A DNA stretch of 64,000 bases, from NCBI GenBank assembly GCA_963797055.1, contig CAWCOD010000005.1, positions 7,947 to 71,946 of the forward strand, read 5' to 3'. This DNA is from an uncultured Holophagae bacterium (lineage in GTDB: Bacteria; Acidobacteriota; Thermoanaerobaculia; Thermoanaerobaculales; Sulfomarinibacteraceae). A program made the position numbers and the translations under genes. Shown one piece after another: positions 49,353 through 57,240 of this stretch; within the stretch, counting starts at the first letter, position 1; each line of letters starts with the position of its first letter. The notes below the pieces were generated by a model. The model searched no databases and was not told the DNA's origin. It saw only the letters and a list, made by a program, of their open reading frames with translations.

Positions 49353-50549
49353 ATGGAAGCTCCCCTGAATATTCTGATCGTCGCGACCAAACCACCGTGG
49401 CCGCCGGTGGATGGCGGCAGGGTAGTCATGCTCCAGACCATCGACGCGTTGGCGGCAGCCGGTCACCGCGTGACGGTGGTGAGCCCATCCGATCCCGGCG
49501 TCGACGACGACGAGGTGCGACGACAGTTGTCTGACAGGTGCCGGTCTGTACTCGTCCCTGACCGGCCCCGCAGCGTGTGGCGTGTACTCGCGACCTCCAT
49601 ACTCGGTCGTCGTCCGGTGACCGTGGTCCGGCACGAGCTCGAGGGGGTCCGACGTCGGGTGACCGGGTTGGTGGCCGAGGAGCGCTTCGATGTGGTGCAG
49701 GCCGAGCAGGTGCAGGCCATACCTCAGGCCCAACCGGCAATCGCGCGCCGTATCCCGCTGGTCTTCCGGGCCCACAACGTGGAGAGCGCGTTGTGGACCT
49801 TCGCTGCGGCATTCGGACGTCCGCTGACGGCGGGTCTCCTCCGACGGGAGGCCAGGCGTCTCACGTTGTGGGAGCAAAAGGCGGTCCAGCAGGCTGCGGC
49901 GACGGTGGTGTTGACCGACGTCGATCTGGCTCCCTTACGACGGACTGCGGGCAACGGGCCGTTGATCGAGAAGGTCCCGGTGCCCTATCCCGAGGATCTG
50001 TCAGCCGGAGAGATGCCGCTGGAGGGTCATCCGGCGGTTGTCACCCTGGCGAGCCAGACGTGGCTTCCAAGCAGAGAGACGGCTCGACAGGTGGCCGAAG
50101 TTTGGTGGCCGGTGGTTCGCGAGCGTTTGCCCGACGCCGTCCTCCACGTCTTCGGTGGCGGCCCCGAGAGTGATGAGTGCAACGGCGTGCGCCTCCACCC
50201 ACCACCGGAGGAGAGTGTTCAAGCATTCGCCGCCGGTGCGATTGTGGCGATCCCGACCCGCCACCCCACGGGTGTGCCGGTGAAGGGGCTGGAAGCCTGG
50301 TCGAGAGGTCTGCCGCTGGTGGTGTCCTCAGAGACGGCGCGCGCCCTGGAGGGTGCTGACGGGGTCGATCTGTTGGTGGCCGACGGTCCCGAAGCGTTCG
50401 CGGCGAAGCTGGCGGAGCTGGCCGATGACGCCGAGCTGTGGGGTCGCCTGGTGGCTGGTGGCAGAAGACGGCTGCTCTCGCACCATGATCCGAAACTCAT
50501 CGCAGAGCAGCTCACCGAACTTTATAGGCGAGTGAGGTCTCGGTCTTGA
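49353..50549 (+). CDS. Glycosyltransferase family 4/1 (GT-B)
   Basis: LNILIVATKPPWPPVDGGRVVMLQTIDALAAAGHRVTVVSP. GT-B C-terminal half ...AIPTRHPTGVPVKGLEAWSRGLPLVVSS. Confidence 0.8.
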   Translation: MEAPLNILIVATKPPWPPVDGGRVVMLQTIDALAAAGHRVTVVSPSDPGVDDDEVRRQLSDRCRSVLVPDRPRSVWRVLATSILGRRPVTVVRHELEGVRRRVTGLVAEERFDVVQAEQVQAIPQAQPAIARRIPLVFRAHNVESALWTFAAAFGRPLTAGLLRREARRLTLWEQKAVQQAAATVVLTDVDLAPLRRTAGNGPLIEKVPVPYPEDLSAGEMPLEGHPAVVTLASQTWLPSRETARQVAEVWWPVVRERLPDAVLHVFGGGPESDECNGVRLHPPPEESVQAFAAGAIVAIPTRHPTGVPVKGLEAWSRGLPLVVSSETARALEGADGVDLLVADGPEAFAAKLAELADDAELWGRLVAGGRRRLLSHHDPKLIAEQLTELYRRVRSRS

Positions 50550-50582
50550 ATTTTGAATTTTGATTTCCGCCCCCCACCCGGT
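50545..50582. repeat. Heptamer array (TTGAATT type) plus C-box
   Basis: cttgaat tttgaat tttgatt tcc / gccccccacccgg. It overlaps the GT stop codon (50547-50549). Confidence 0.85.
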
Positions 50583-50632
50583 GCGCGCGATGATCGGGCG
50601 TGCCTTTCGAGCGGGTTCCGAACGCGCTCACC

Positions 50633-50705
50633 CGGTGCCAGGCACCGTCGAAATCGCAGCGAAGCACGAGATCGGTTCATTTGCGGCGGTGCCTGGCACC
50701 GACAT
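50633..50705 (+). repeat. Palindrome-terminated ~70-nt element, copy 3 of 3
   Basis: cggtgccaggcaccgtcgaaatcgcagcgaagcacgagatcggttcatttgcggcggtgcctggcaccgacatg. It is preceded by gatcgggcgtgcc at 50591. Confidence 0.9.
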
Positions 50706-50712
50706 GGAGGAT

Positions 50713-51654
50713 TCAGAGTTCCAGGTCCTTCAGGGCGGCGAGGCCCGCTTCGAACGCACGGGTGTCCCTTTCCCACGTGGCCGGGCGGAGCGAGCCGAGA
50801 AAGGTGCCGTAGAGCCTTCGACCGAACAGCCGGAGCCTCGCACCGGAGGCGAGCGCCGACATCGCTTTGCGGGCGGCTTCCGGTCCCCCGCGCCAGCCGG
50901 CGAACCGCACCAGATCGGCCCACATGAACTCCGGATGATATGGGGCGGCGGAGCCGGCGGTGGCGGTGATGGTGGCCCCGTGATGGTGGATCACCTCGAA
51001 CGAAGGGATGACCTCCACGTGCCAACCCGCTTCCCGGGCTGCGGCGCAGAGGTGGAGGTCCTGACAATAGAATCGATAGTCCTCGTCCAGCGGGCCGACG
51101 GCCTGCCAGACCTCGCGGCGGACCGCCATGGCGGCGCCCGACACCCAGTCCACCTCCGATCCGGCGGCTCGCCCCGGGGGTTTGATCATCCGATATCCGG
51201 GGATTTTGCCGAGCAGCGCGGGCAGGCCGGAGGCAGTTGCAAAAAGCCACACGGGTGTGGGTTCCCGTCCGGCGCTCCACTGCGGAGAACCGTCCGGATA
51301 GCGGAGTTGGGCGCCGGCCACGCCGAGTCGGGGCTCGCGGGCAAACGCGGCCCGGACAGCGGCCACAGCTCGCGAGGAGACCTCGGTGTCGCTGTTGAGG
51401 AGCAGCAGGACCTCGCCCGTGGCCTCGGCCAGACCGCGGTTGCTGGTCCGCGAGAATCCTGATCGCCTCGGATTGACCAGCACCCGGACCTGGGGAAACC
51501 GCTGGGCGATGGCCTCAGCGGTCTGGTCGGTAGACGCGTCGTCGACCACGATGACCTCGAGGTCGGTGGCCGAGCGGAGCACCGAACCGAGGCAACGCAG
51601 CGTCATATCGCGTGTTGAGTGGGTGGGAATCACGATGGAGAGAGGCATCGACAT
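50713..51654 (-). CDS. Glycosyltransferase family 2
   Basis: LSIVIPTHSTRDMTLRCLGSV...LEVIVVDDASTDQT...RSGFSRTSNRGLAEATGEVLLLLNSDTEV. Confidence 0.9.
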   Translation of the reverse strand: MSMPLSIVIPTHSTRDMTLRCLGSVLRSATDLEVIVVDDASTDQTAEAIAQRFPQVRVLVNPRRSGFSRTSNRGLAEATGEVLLLLNSDTEVSSRAVAAVRAAFAREPRLGVAGAQLRYPDGSPQWSAGREPTPVWLFATASGLPALLGKIPGYRMIKPPGRAAGSEVDWVSGAAMAVRREVWQAVGPLDEDYRFYCQDLHLCAAAREAGWHVEVIPSFEVIHHHGATITATAGSAAPYHPEFMWADLVRFAGWRGGPEAARKAMSALASGARLRLFGRRLYGTFLGSLRPATWERDTRAFEAGLAALKDLEL

Positions 51655-51686
51655 AACAGGTGGACCATTGTAGCTCGGGGCTCGGG

Positions 51687-51724
51687 ATTCGAATTTCGAA
51701 TTTCGAATTTCGAATTTTGAATTC
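51687..51724. repeat. Heptamer tandem array (ATTTCGA x5) followed by a C-rich/G-rich box region to about 51810
   Basis: gattcga atttcga atttcga atttcga attttga attc, then ccccacctccacaccc...ccctccacaccgggaggttgggaggggg. It is preceded by ggggctcggga, as at 54338. Confidence 0.9.
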
Positions 51725-51829
51725 TACGAACCCCACCTCCACACCCTCTACGCTTTCTAAACCTCCTGCACCTTCTTTACCCTCCACACCGGGAGGTTGG
51801 GAGGGGGTTCCCGTGCTAGACTCCCGCCG

Positions 51830-52663
51830 ATGTCCACACCCGCCGTACCGGTTCTGCGCAATTCAGCCAGGCAGACCCTGAATCCCATCCTCGAGGTTCG
51901 CGACCTATTCGCCAATTGGAACCTCATCGCGAACCTGGTGCGACGTGACCTGACGGTGCGCTACAAGCGGTCCGTCATCGGCTTCTTCTGGACCATGCTG
52001 AACCCGCTCCTGTTGATGATCATCCTCACCGTGGTCTTCTCCACCGTTTTCCGGTTCGAGGGGATCAAGAACTACCCGACCTATTTCCTCTCGGCGTACC
52101 TGGTCTTCGGGTTCTTTTCCCAGACCACCGTGCAGTCCATGACCTCCCTGGGTTTTCACGGGTCGTTGATGAAGCGGGTGCGGGTGCCCAAGTCCATCTT
52201 CGCGGTGTCCACCACCATATCGGGGCTGATCAATCTCTGTCTGGCCTATGTCCCGCTTTTCCTCATCATGATCGTCACCGGGGCGCCGATACGGCCCACG
52301 GTGCTCTTCCTGCCCATCAGCTTCCTGATCATCGCCGCCTTCACCCTCGGGGTCTCCCTGATGCTGTCGGCGCTCGCGGTCTATTTCGACGACGTGTCCC
52401 ACATGTACCAGGTGGCCACCGTCGGGCTGATGTACATGACCCCGATCATCTATCCCATCTCCATCGTGCCCTACCGCTGGCTGTGGCTCATTCGCATCAA
52501 TCCCCTCACCCAACTCTTCAAGCTGGCGCGCGATCCGGTCTATAGCGGCACCCTGCCCGGAGCCCATGTGATCATGGCTTCGGTGGGCGCTGCCTCGATC
52601 GCGCTGGTGGTGGGTTGGTTGGTCTTTCACCGGCTCGCCCGCGGCTTCTACCTGCATCTGTGA
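51830..52663 (+). CDS. ABC-2 type polysaccharide export permease (Wzm/TagG/KpsM-like)
   Basis: NWNLIANLVRRDLTVRYKRSVIGFFWTMLNPLLLMIILTVVF plus six TM segments. Confidence 0.9.
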   Translation: MSTPAVPVLRNSARQTLNPILEVRDLFANWNLIANLVRRDLTVRYKRSVIGFFWTMLNPLLLMIILTVVFSTVFRFEGIKNYPTYFLSAYLVFGFFSQTTVQSMTSLGFHGSLMKRVRVPKSIFAVSTTISGLINLCLAYVPLFLIMIVTGAPIRPTVLFLPISFLIIAAFTLGVSLMLSALAVYFDDVSHMYQVATVGLMYMTPIIYPISIVPYRWLWLIRINPLTQLFKLARDPVYSGTLPGAHVIMASVGAASIALVVGWLVFHRLARGFYLHL

Positions 52664-53454
52664 TGAACGCAACCGCCATTGAATTCTGCGATGTTTCGCT
52701 GCGCTACCGGCTGCTGGCCGAGCGGGGGATCGTGACCCTCAAGGAGTGGATGATCCGCAGGTTGACGTCGCAGATGACCTACCAGGAGCTGTCGGCTCTG
52801 TCACATGTCAGCTTCACGGTGGAACCGGGCAGAACCTTCGGCATCATCGGGCACAACGGCGCCGGCAAGTCGACCCTGCTGCGGATTGCCGGCGGGATTC
52901 TCGCGCCCACCGAGGGTGAGGCCATCATTCGGGGTCGACTCGCGCCGATCATCGAGCTCGGGCTCGGTTTCGAGGGCGAACTCTCGGGCCGGGAGAATAT
53001 TTATTTCAACGGCGCCCTGCTCGGCCGATCGAGGGTCGAAATGCATGAGCGCGTCGATGACATTGTCGAGTTCTCGGAGCTCGGTGACTTCATCGAGCAG
53101 CCGATACGGACCTATTCGAGCGGCATGGTGGCACGCCTTGCCTTTGCCATTGCAACGACCGTGGATGCCCACATCCTGTTACTCGATGAGGTGATGTCGG
53201 TGGGTGACGAGCGCTTCCGTCTGAAGTGCCAGCAACGGATCGGAGCCTTTCGGGACGCCGGCATCACCATCCTGGTGGTGTCGCACGATCTCGATGCCAT
53301 CGAGCGTTTGTGTGACGACGTCATGTGGCTGGAACACGGTGCGATGAAGGCCCTCGGTCCGGCCCATGAAGTGGTCGGCGCCTATCGGTCTTCGGTGGAA
53401 CGGCACGCCGAGGGCTCGGGGGTGGGCGGAACCGTCACACCCGCCGGGTCATGA
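52663..53454 (+). CDS. Polysaccharide ABC exporter ATP-binding protein (Wzt/TagH-like)
   Basis: The start overlaps the permease stop (TGATG). Walker A GIIGHNGAGKSTLLRI, signature YSSGMVARLAFAIA and Walker B LLLDEVMSVGD. Confidence 0.9.
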   Translation: MNATAIEFCDVSLRYRLLAERGIVTLKEWMIRRLTSQMTYQELSALSHVSFTVEPGRTFGIIGHNGAGKSTLLRIAGGILAPTEGEAIIRGRLAPIIELGLGFEGELSGRENIYFNGALLGRSRVEMHERVDDIVEFSELGDFIEQPIRTYSSGMVARLAFAIATTVDAHILLLDEVMSVGDERFRLKCQQRIGAFRDAGITILVVSHDLDAIERLCDDVMWLEHGAMKALGPAHEVVGAYRSSVERHAEGSGVGGTVTPAGS

Positions 53455-54323
53455 GTCGTCAGCCCTGCATTTCGGTCGTCATCCCGACCAGGAACCGCCG
53501 TCGGGTGCTTGCGGAAACCCTCGAAGCCCTCGATGCGCAGCGCTCCCTGCCGGGGCCCCTCGAGGTCATTGTCGCGGTGGACGGGTCATCGGACGACACA
53601 CTGGAATGGCTGGCCACGGCGCGGTTCTCGGGCTTTGGACTCGAGGTGCTTGCACTCGACGCGGGTGGTCCGGCGCGTGCACGGAATCGCGGCGTCGATC
53701 GGGCCCGGGCCAACCGCGTGCTTCTCCTGGGAGACGACACCAGTCCGGAGCCGGATACCCTGGCCGCCCACCTCGAGGCCGCGGGTGACCGTGAGGTGGC
53801 GGTCCAGGGTCTGATCCACTGGGATCCGTCCCGGCCCGTCACCGAAGTCATGGAGTTTCTGGCACCTGAAGGTCCGCAGTTCTACTTCAAGGGCCTGGAG
53901 GATGGGGTCGAGATACCGTATACCGCTGTGCTCGGCTCGAATCTGTCGGCGCCGGCGGAGTGGCTTCGCGCCGAGCCCTTCGACGAAGGTTTCACCGACG
54001 CCTGCTTTGAAGACACCGAGATGGCTTGGCGGTGGCGACGGCGGGGCTGGGTAACGGTCTTCGCACCACGGGCGCGCTGTCTCCATCGTCACCTCTACGA
54101 CACCATCGACCCCTTTGTCGAGCGGCAAATGCGGGCGGGGCTGTGGGCCCGGCGGGCGGTTGCGATCCACCCGGGAATGCTGGCCCGGGTGGCGTTGCAG
54201 CCCATGGCCTTCGCCGCCGTCTCGGCCCTCCGGTTGGTCTCGAGGCGCCGGCAGAGGGATCGCTGGGACCTGCAGTGCCGTCTCGCCTTTGCCCGCGGTT
54301 TCTTCTTCGGCAGATCCCCATAA
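53451..54323 (+). CDS. Glycosyltransferase family 2
   Basis: ATGA overlap with the upstream stop. ISVVIPTRNRRRVLAETLEALDAQ...VIVAVDGSSDDT...ARNRGVDRARANRVLLLGDD. Confidence 0.85.
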   Translation: MSRQPCISVVIPTRNRRRVLAETLEALDAQRSLPGPLEVIVAVDGSSDDTLEWLATARFSGFGLEVLALDAGGPARARNRGVDRARANRVLLLGDDTSPEPDTLAAHLEAAGDREVAVQGLIHWDPSRPVTEVMEFLAPEGPQFYFKGLEDGVEIPYTAVLGSNLSAPAEWLRAEPFDEGFTDACFEDTEMAWRWRRRGWVTVFAPRARCLHRHLYDTIDPFVERQMRAGLWARRAVAIHPGMLARVALQPMAFAAVSALRLVSRRRQRDRWDLQCRLAFARGFFFGRSP

Positions 54324-54352
54324 CCCGGGACTCGGCACGCGGGGCTCGGGAC

Positions 54353-54411
54353 TCGTAATTTGTAATTTGTAATTTGAAATTTGTAATCCGTAATGGCCGG
54401 GTCGGGTGGGG
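54353..54411. repeat. Heptamer array (TGTAATT, 6 units) plus G-box
   Basis: cgtaatt tgtaatt tgtaatt tgaaatt tgtaatc cgtaatg / gccgggtcgggtggggg. Confidence 0.9.
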
Positions 54412-54412
54412 G

Positions 54413-57121
54413 TTATTGGACGTACCCGAGAGCCCGGAGTTGATCGAGCACCTCGATATCGGCCTGGGGAGCGGTAGGCGCTGTATCTTGAGCGCCGCCC
54501 TCCCACCAGAGTATGAAGCCGGTTGCCGGTGGAGCAGATGGATTGTCCACCTCCCGCCAGCCTTCAGCGGCAAGTTCGAAGGCCGCGGGCGTGTCCAGTT
54601 CGTCGAGATCGAACCACCGGGCCAGCGGGAGGGCCTTGCGCCCGTCGCCGAGAACCATGTGGAGGTTGACGCCGGCTCGATTCCGGTCCGGGGAGTCCAG
54701 CAACAGCACCAACTCCTCGCCCTGCGGTACCTCGAAAGTGGGTGGTACGTCGTTCCTCCAGCGGACGTTGGCGTCTCCCGCGGAGGCGCTCTTGAGCCGG
54801 TCGTGGGCTGCGAGGGCCCCGCGGAGCCTGCCCTTCATGAGATCGGAGGAGCTGTTTCGGATGATCAAACGGACGCCCCGTTGTTGATCGACCAGGGCGG
54901 CCCTGGTCCGTTCCATGAGTTCGGTGGTCTCGGCCGCACCGGCCGAAAGGTCGGTGGTCTCCTTTGGATCACGGCGCAGATCGATCAGCCGCTGACGGCC
55001 GTACAACTGCTCCCATGCGGTGTCGTTGAAGGTGTATTTGAGACGACTGTCCAACCTGAGGGCGAGCCCGCGGTTTGACGAGGCGGCATAGGTCCAGGCT
55101 GCCGCAGGGACCCGTGACGGTTCGCCAGCCATCAGATGGAGCAATGACAGGCCGTCTGACGACGCCGGGGCGGGCGCACCAGTGGCCTCAATGATCGTTG
55201 GCGCGAGATCCACCAGCCGGACTTGTCGGGAAACACGGCGCCCCGCTCCGACGTGTCCCGGAAGCCGGATGATCAAGGGCACCAGTGTGTTGTAGTCCTC
55301 GAGGTAGGAGTGGCCGGCCCGGTCGTCTTCGCCGAGGGCCTCGCCATGATCCGAGGTGATCACCACCACCGTATTGGCGGCCAGTCCCAGCTCCTCGAGC
55401 CGGTCGAGCAGCTGCCCGACCGCATCATCGGCGTAGGCGACCGCACTGTCGTACATCAGGCTCACGAGTTCCTTCTCAGAGGGGTTCAGGGGACTCTGCC
55501 ACCGGTCGTCCCCGGGTCGTTGCGCCACGAAGTAGTCCCCCGGCGCGCGCAGCCCGTGCCACCCGTGAGACTCCATTGAGATGCGGCTTTTCGGGAGGGT
55601 GCCGAGGTCTCGACCGGCGAGCTGGTCGAACCAGGGCTGGCGCCGGCGGTGAGGAAAGTGGATTTCGTAGGTGTGGAAGAAAAGGAAGAACGGCCGGCCC
55701 CGCTGATGCTCCAGCCAGGCCAGCGCGTCGGATAGACCGGTCGCGAGTTCGGCCTTGGAATCGTCGTCCTTCCAGTAGCGGAAGGTGTCGAAGCCCCGGT
55801 CCAATCCGAACTGCGGTCTGAGGTAGCCTCCGCCGGTGATCGCCGCGGTGGAGTAACCGGCCCCGCGAAGCTGCTCGGCCAGCAGATCGAGGTCGGCGGG
55901 CACGCGGCGGTAATGGTTGACGCCGTGGCGCACAGCGTCGAGTCCGGTGAACATGGATACGTGCGACGGGAGCGTCCAGGGTGAGGTTGCCACCACCGTC
56001 TCGAAGACCGTGGCCTCGTTCGCCGCCCATCGGTCGATGCGGGGACTGGTCGACCGACGCCAGCCGTAGCTCGACAGATGGTCGGCACGAAGGGTGTCCA
56101 GGCAGACAAGGAGAACGTTCGGGAGATCGGGGGGCGGTCCTCCGATGATCTCCGGGTTGGACCACATGGGCAGGCCGTGGACCGCCCGGTATCCCTCTCC
56201 GCTTTGGGTTACCAGCCGAAGTGTGATCTGCTGGTCCTCGAATTCATCGAGCCGGACTGTGGCGTCGTGCCACCGCGCAGCCTCGCCGAGACGGGGATCG
56301 AGTTTGGCGAAGAAGACGCGCTGGGGTCTGTCGCCGGCCCTTTCGGCGAAGACCTCGAACCGCACCGACTCGGTGATGCCGTGCTGGAGGGCATAGCCGA
56401 ATTGGAGTAGGGCTCCGGCTGGGACACGAAGTTCTCGCTCGTGGTCCCGGCCCGGCGGAGCCAGAAGGACGGTGCGCGATTCGCGGTCCAGGTCGACTCT
56501 CCAGGCCGTTTCGACGGCATCCGCTAACCGGTCGGATCTGGGCAACCGCCGTGTCCCCACGACGGTGGCGATGCCCACCGGAGCGCCGGCCGCAGCGATG
56601 GGCTCGAGACGGATCCTGGAAATTCGTCCGGTCCACTTCGGGTGTGGATGGAGGTCGAAGACAAAGGTCTTCAGGTTGTCGCCCACCGTCTGGCCGCTTT
56701 CGATGACCACGGATCTGTCGTCTGAGAACCACCCGAAGGGGCCGGCCCACCGGAGGGCCACGTCTCCGGCGTGAAGGCCGGCGATGGTCACCGAGATCTG
56801 GTCCAGTGAGGTTGCGTCCATCGCCAGGTCGCGGTCCATCCGTGGCTCGTCGCCGGACGGAAGCAACCGAAGCCGTCCGCCCTCCACCGGTTCACCGTGG
56901 AGGTCGTGCAGCCGCCACGACCGTCGATCATCGGCGTCCGCGAAGGTCCACCGAAAGACCTCCTCCGACTCGTAGAGATCATCGGACTGCAGATCTTCGA
57001 TCGAGGCGTGATCGATCCACCGGAGGACAATGGCGCCGGTGATTGGCGAGATCTCGGTGTCGGCGCACGCGGCGAGCCCGATGGAGAGCAGGGAGAGACA
57101 GATCAGGGAGCCGTTGCGCAT
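54413..57121 (-). CDS. Sulfatase-like (alkaline-phosphatase superfamily) lipoprotein with large N- and C-terminal extensions
   Basis: Lipoprotein signal MRNGSLICLSLLSIGLAAC. Sulfatase-fold core NVLLVCLDTLRADHLSSYGW...ATSPWTLPSHVSMFTG...VVITSDHGE. The ORF upstream of Met 57121 runs into the heptamer array. Confidence 0.8.
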   Translation of the reverse strand: MRNGSLICLSLLSIGLAACADTEISPITGAIVLRWIDHASIEDLQSDDLYESEEVFRWTFADADDRRSWRLHDLHGEPVEGGRLRLLPSGDEPRMDRDLAMDATSLDQISVTIAGLHAGDVALRWAGPFGWFSDDRSVVIESGQTVGDNLKTFVFDLHPHPKWTGRISRIRLEPIAAAGAPVGIATVVGTRRLPRSDRLADAVETAWRVDLDRESRTVLLAPPGRDHERELRVPAGALLQFGYALQHGITESVRFEVFAERAGDRPQRVFFAKLDPRLGEAARWHDATVRLDEFEDQQITLRLVTQSGEGYRAVHGLPMWSNPEIIGGPPPDLPNVLLVCLDTLRADHLSSYGWRRSTSPRIDRWAANEATVFETVVATSPWTLPSHVSMFTGLDAVRHGVNHYRRVPADLDLLAEQLRGAGYSTAAITGGGYLRPQFGLDRGFDTFRYWKDDDSKAELATGLSDALAWLEHQRGRPFFLFFHTYEIHFPHRRRQPWFDQLAGRDLGTLPKSRISMESHGWHGLRAPGDYFVAQRPGDDRWQSPLNPSEKELVSLMYDSAVAYADDAVGQLLDRLEELGLAANTVVVITSDHGEALGEDDRAGHSYLEDYNTLVPLIIRLPGHVGAGRRVSRQVRLVDLAPTIIEATGAPAPASSDGLSLLHLMAGEPSRVPAAAWTYAASSNRGLALRLDSRLKYTFNDTAWEQLYGRQRLIDLRRDPKETTDLSAGAAETTELMERTRAALVDQQRGVRLIIRNSSSDLMKGRLRGALAAHDRLKSASAGDANVRWRNDVPPTFEVPQGEELVLLLDSPDRNRAGVNLHMVLGDGRKALPLARWFDLDELDTPAAFELAAEGWREVDNPSAPPATGFILWWEGGAQDTAPTAPQADIEVLDQLRALGYVQ

Positions 57122-57193
57122 GTGGGATTCTATCTCGCCCGGGCTGATCCCGCGCCCCATCGAGAGGACGGGTGACGCCGATATTGCCATGTG

Positions 57194-57233
57194 CATTTTC
57201 GAATTTCGAATTTCGAATTTCGCATTCGGTGAA
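57194..57233. repeat. Heptamer tandem array (AATTTCG x4-5)
   Basis: cattttcg aatttcg aatttcg aatttcg cattcgg. It lies in a divergent intergenic region. Confidence 0.9.
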
Positions 57234-57240
57234 TCTCCTC

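Noticed and set aside
50560-51462. 300-aa plus-strand ORF downstream of the GT gene
   Set aside because: It starts inside the repeat elements and is antisense to the well-supported GT2 gene 50713..51654. It has shadow-ORF composition.
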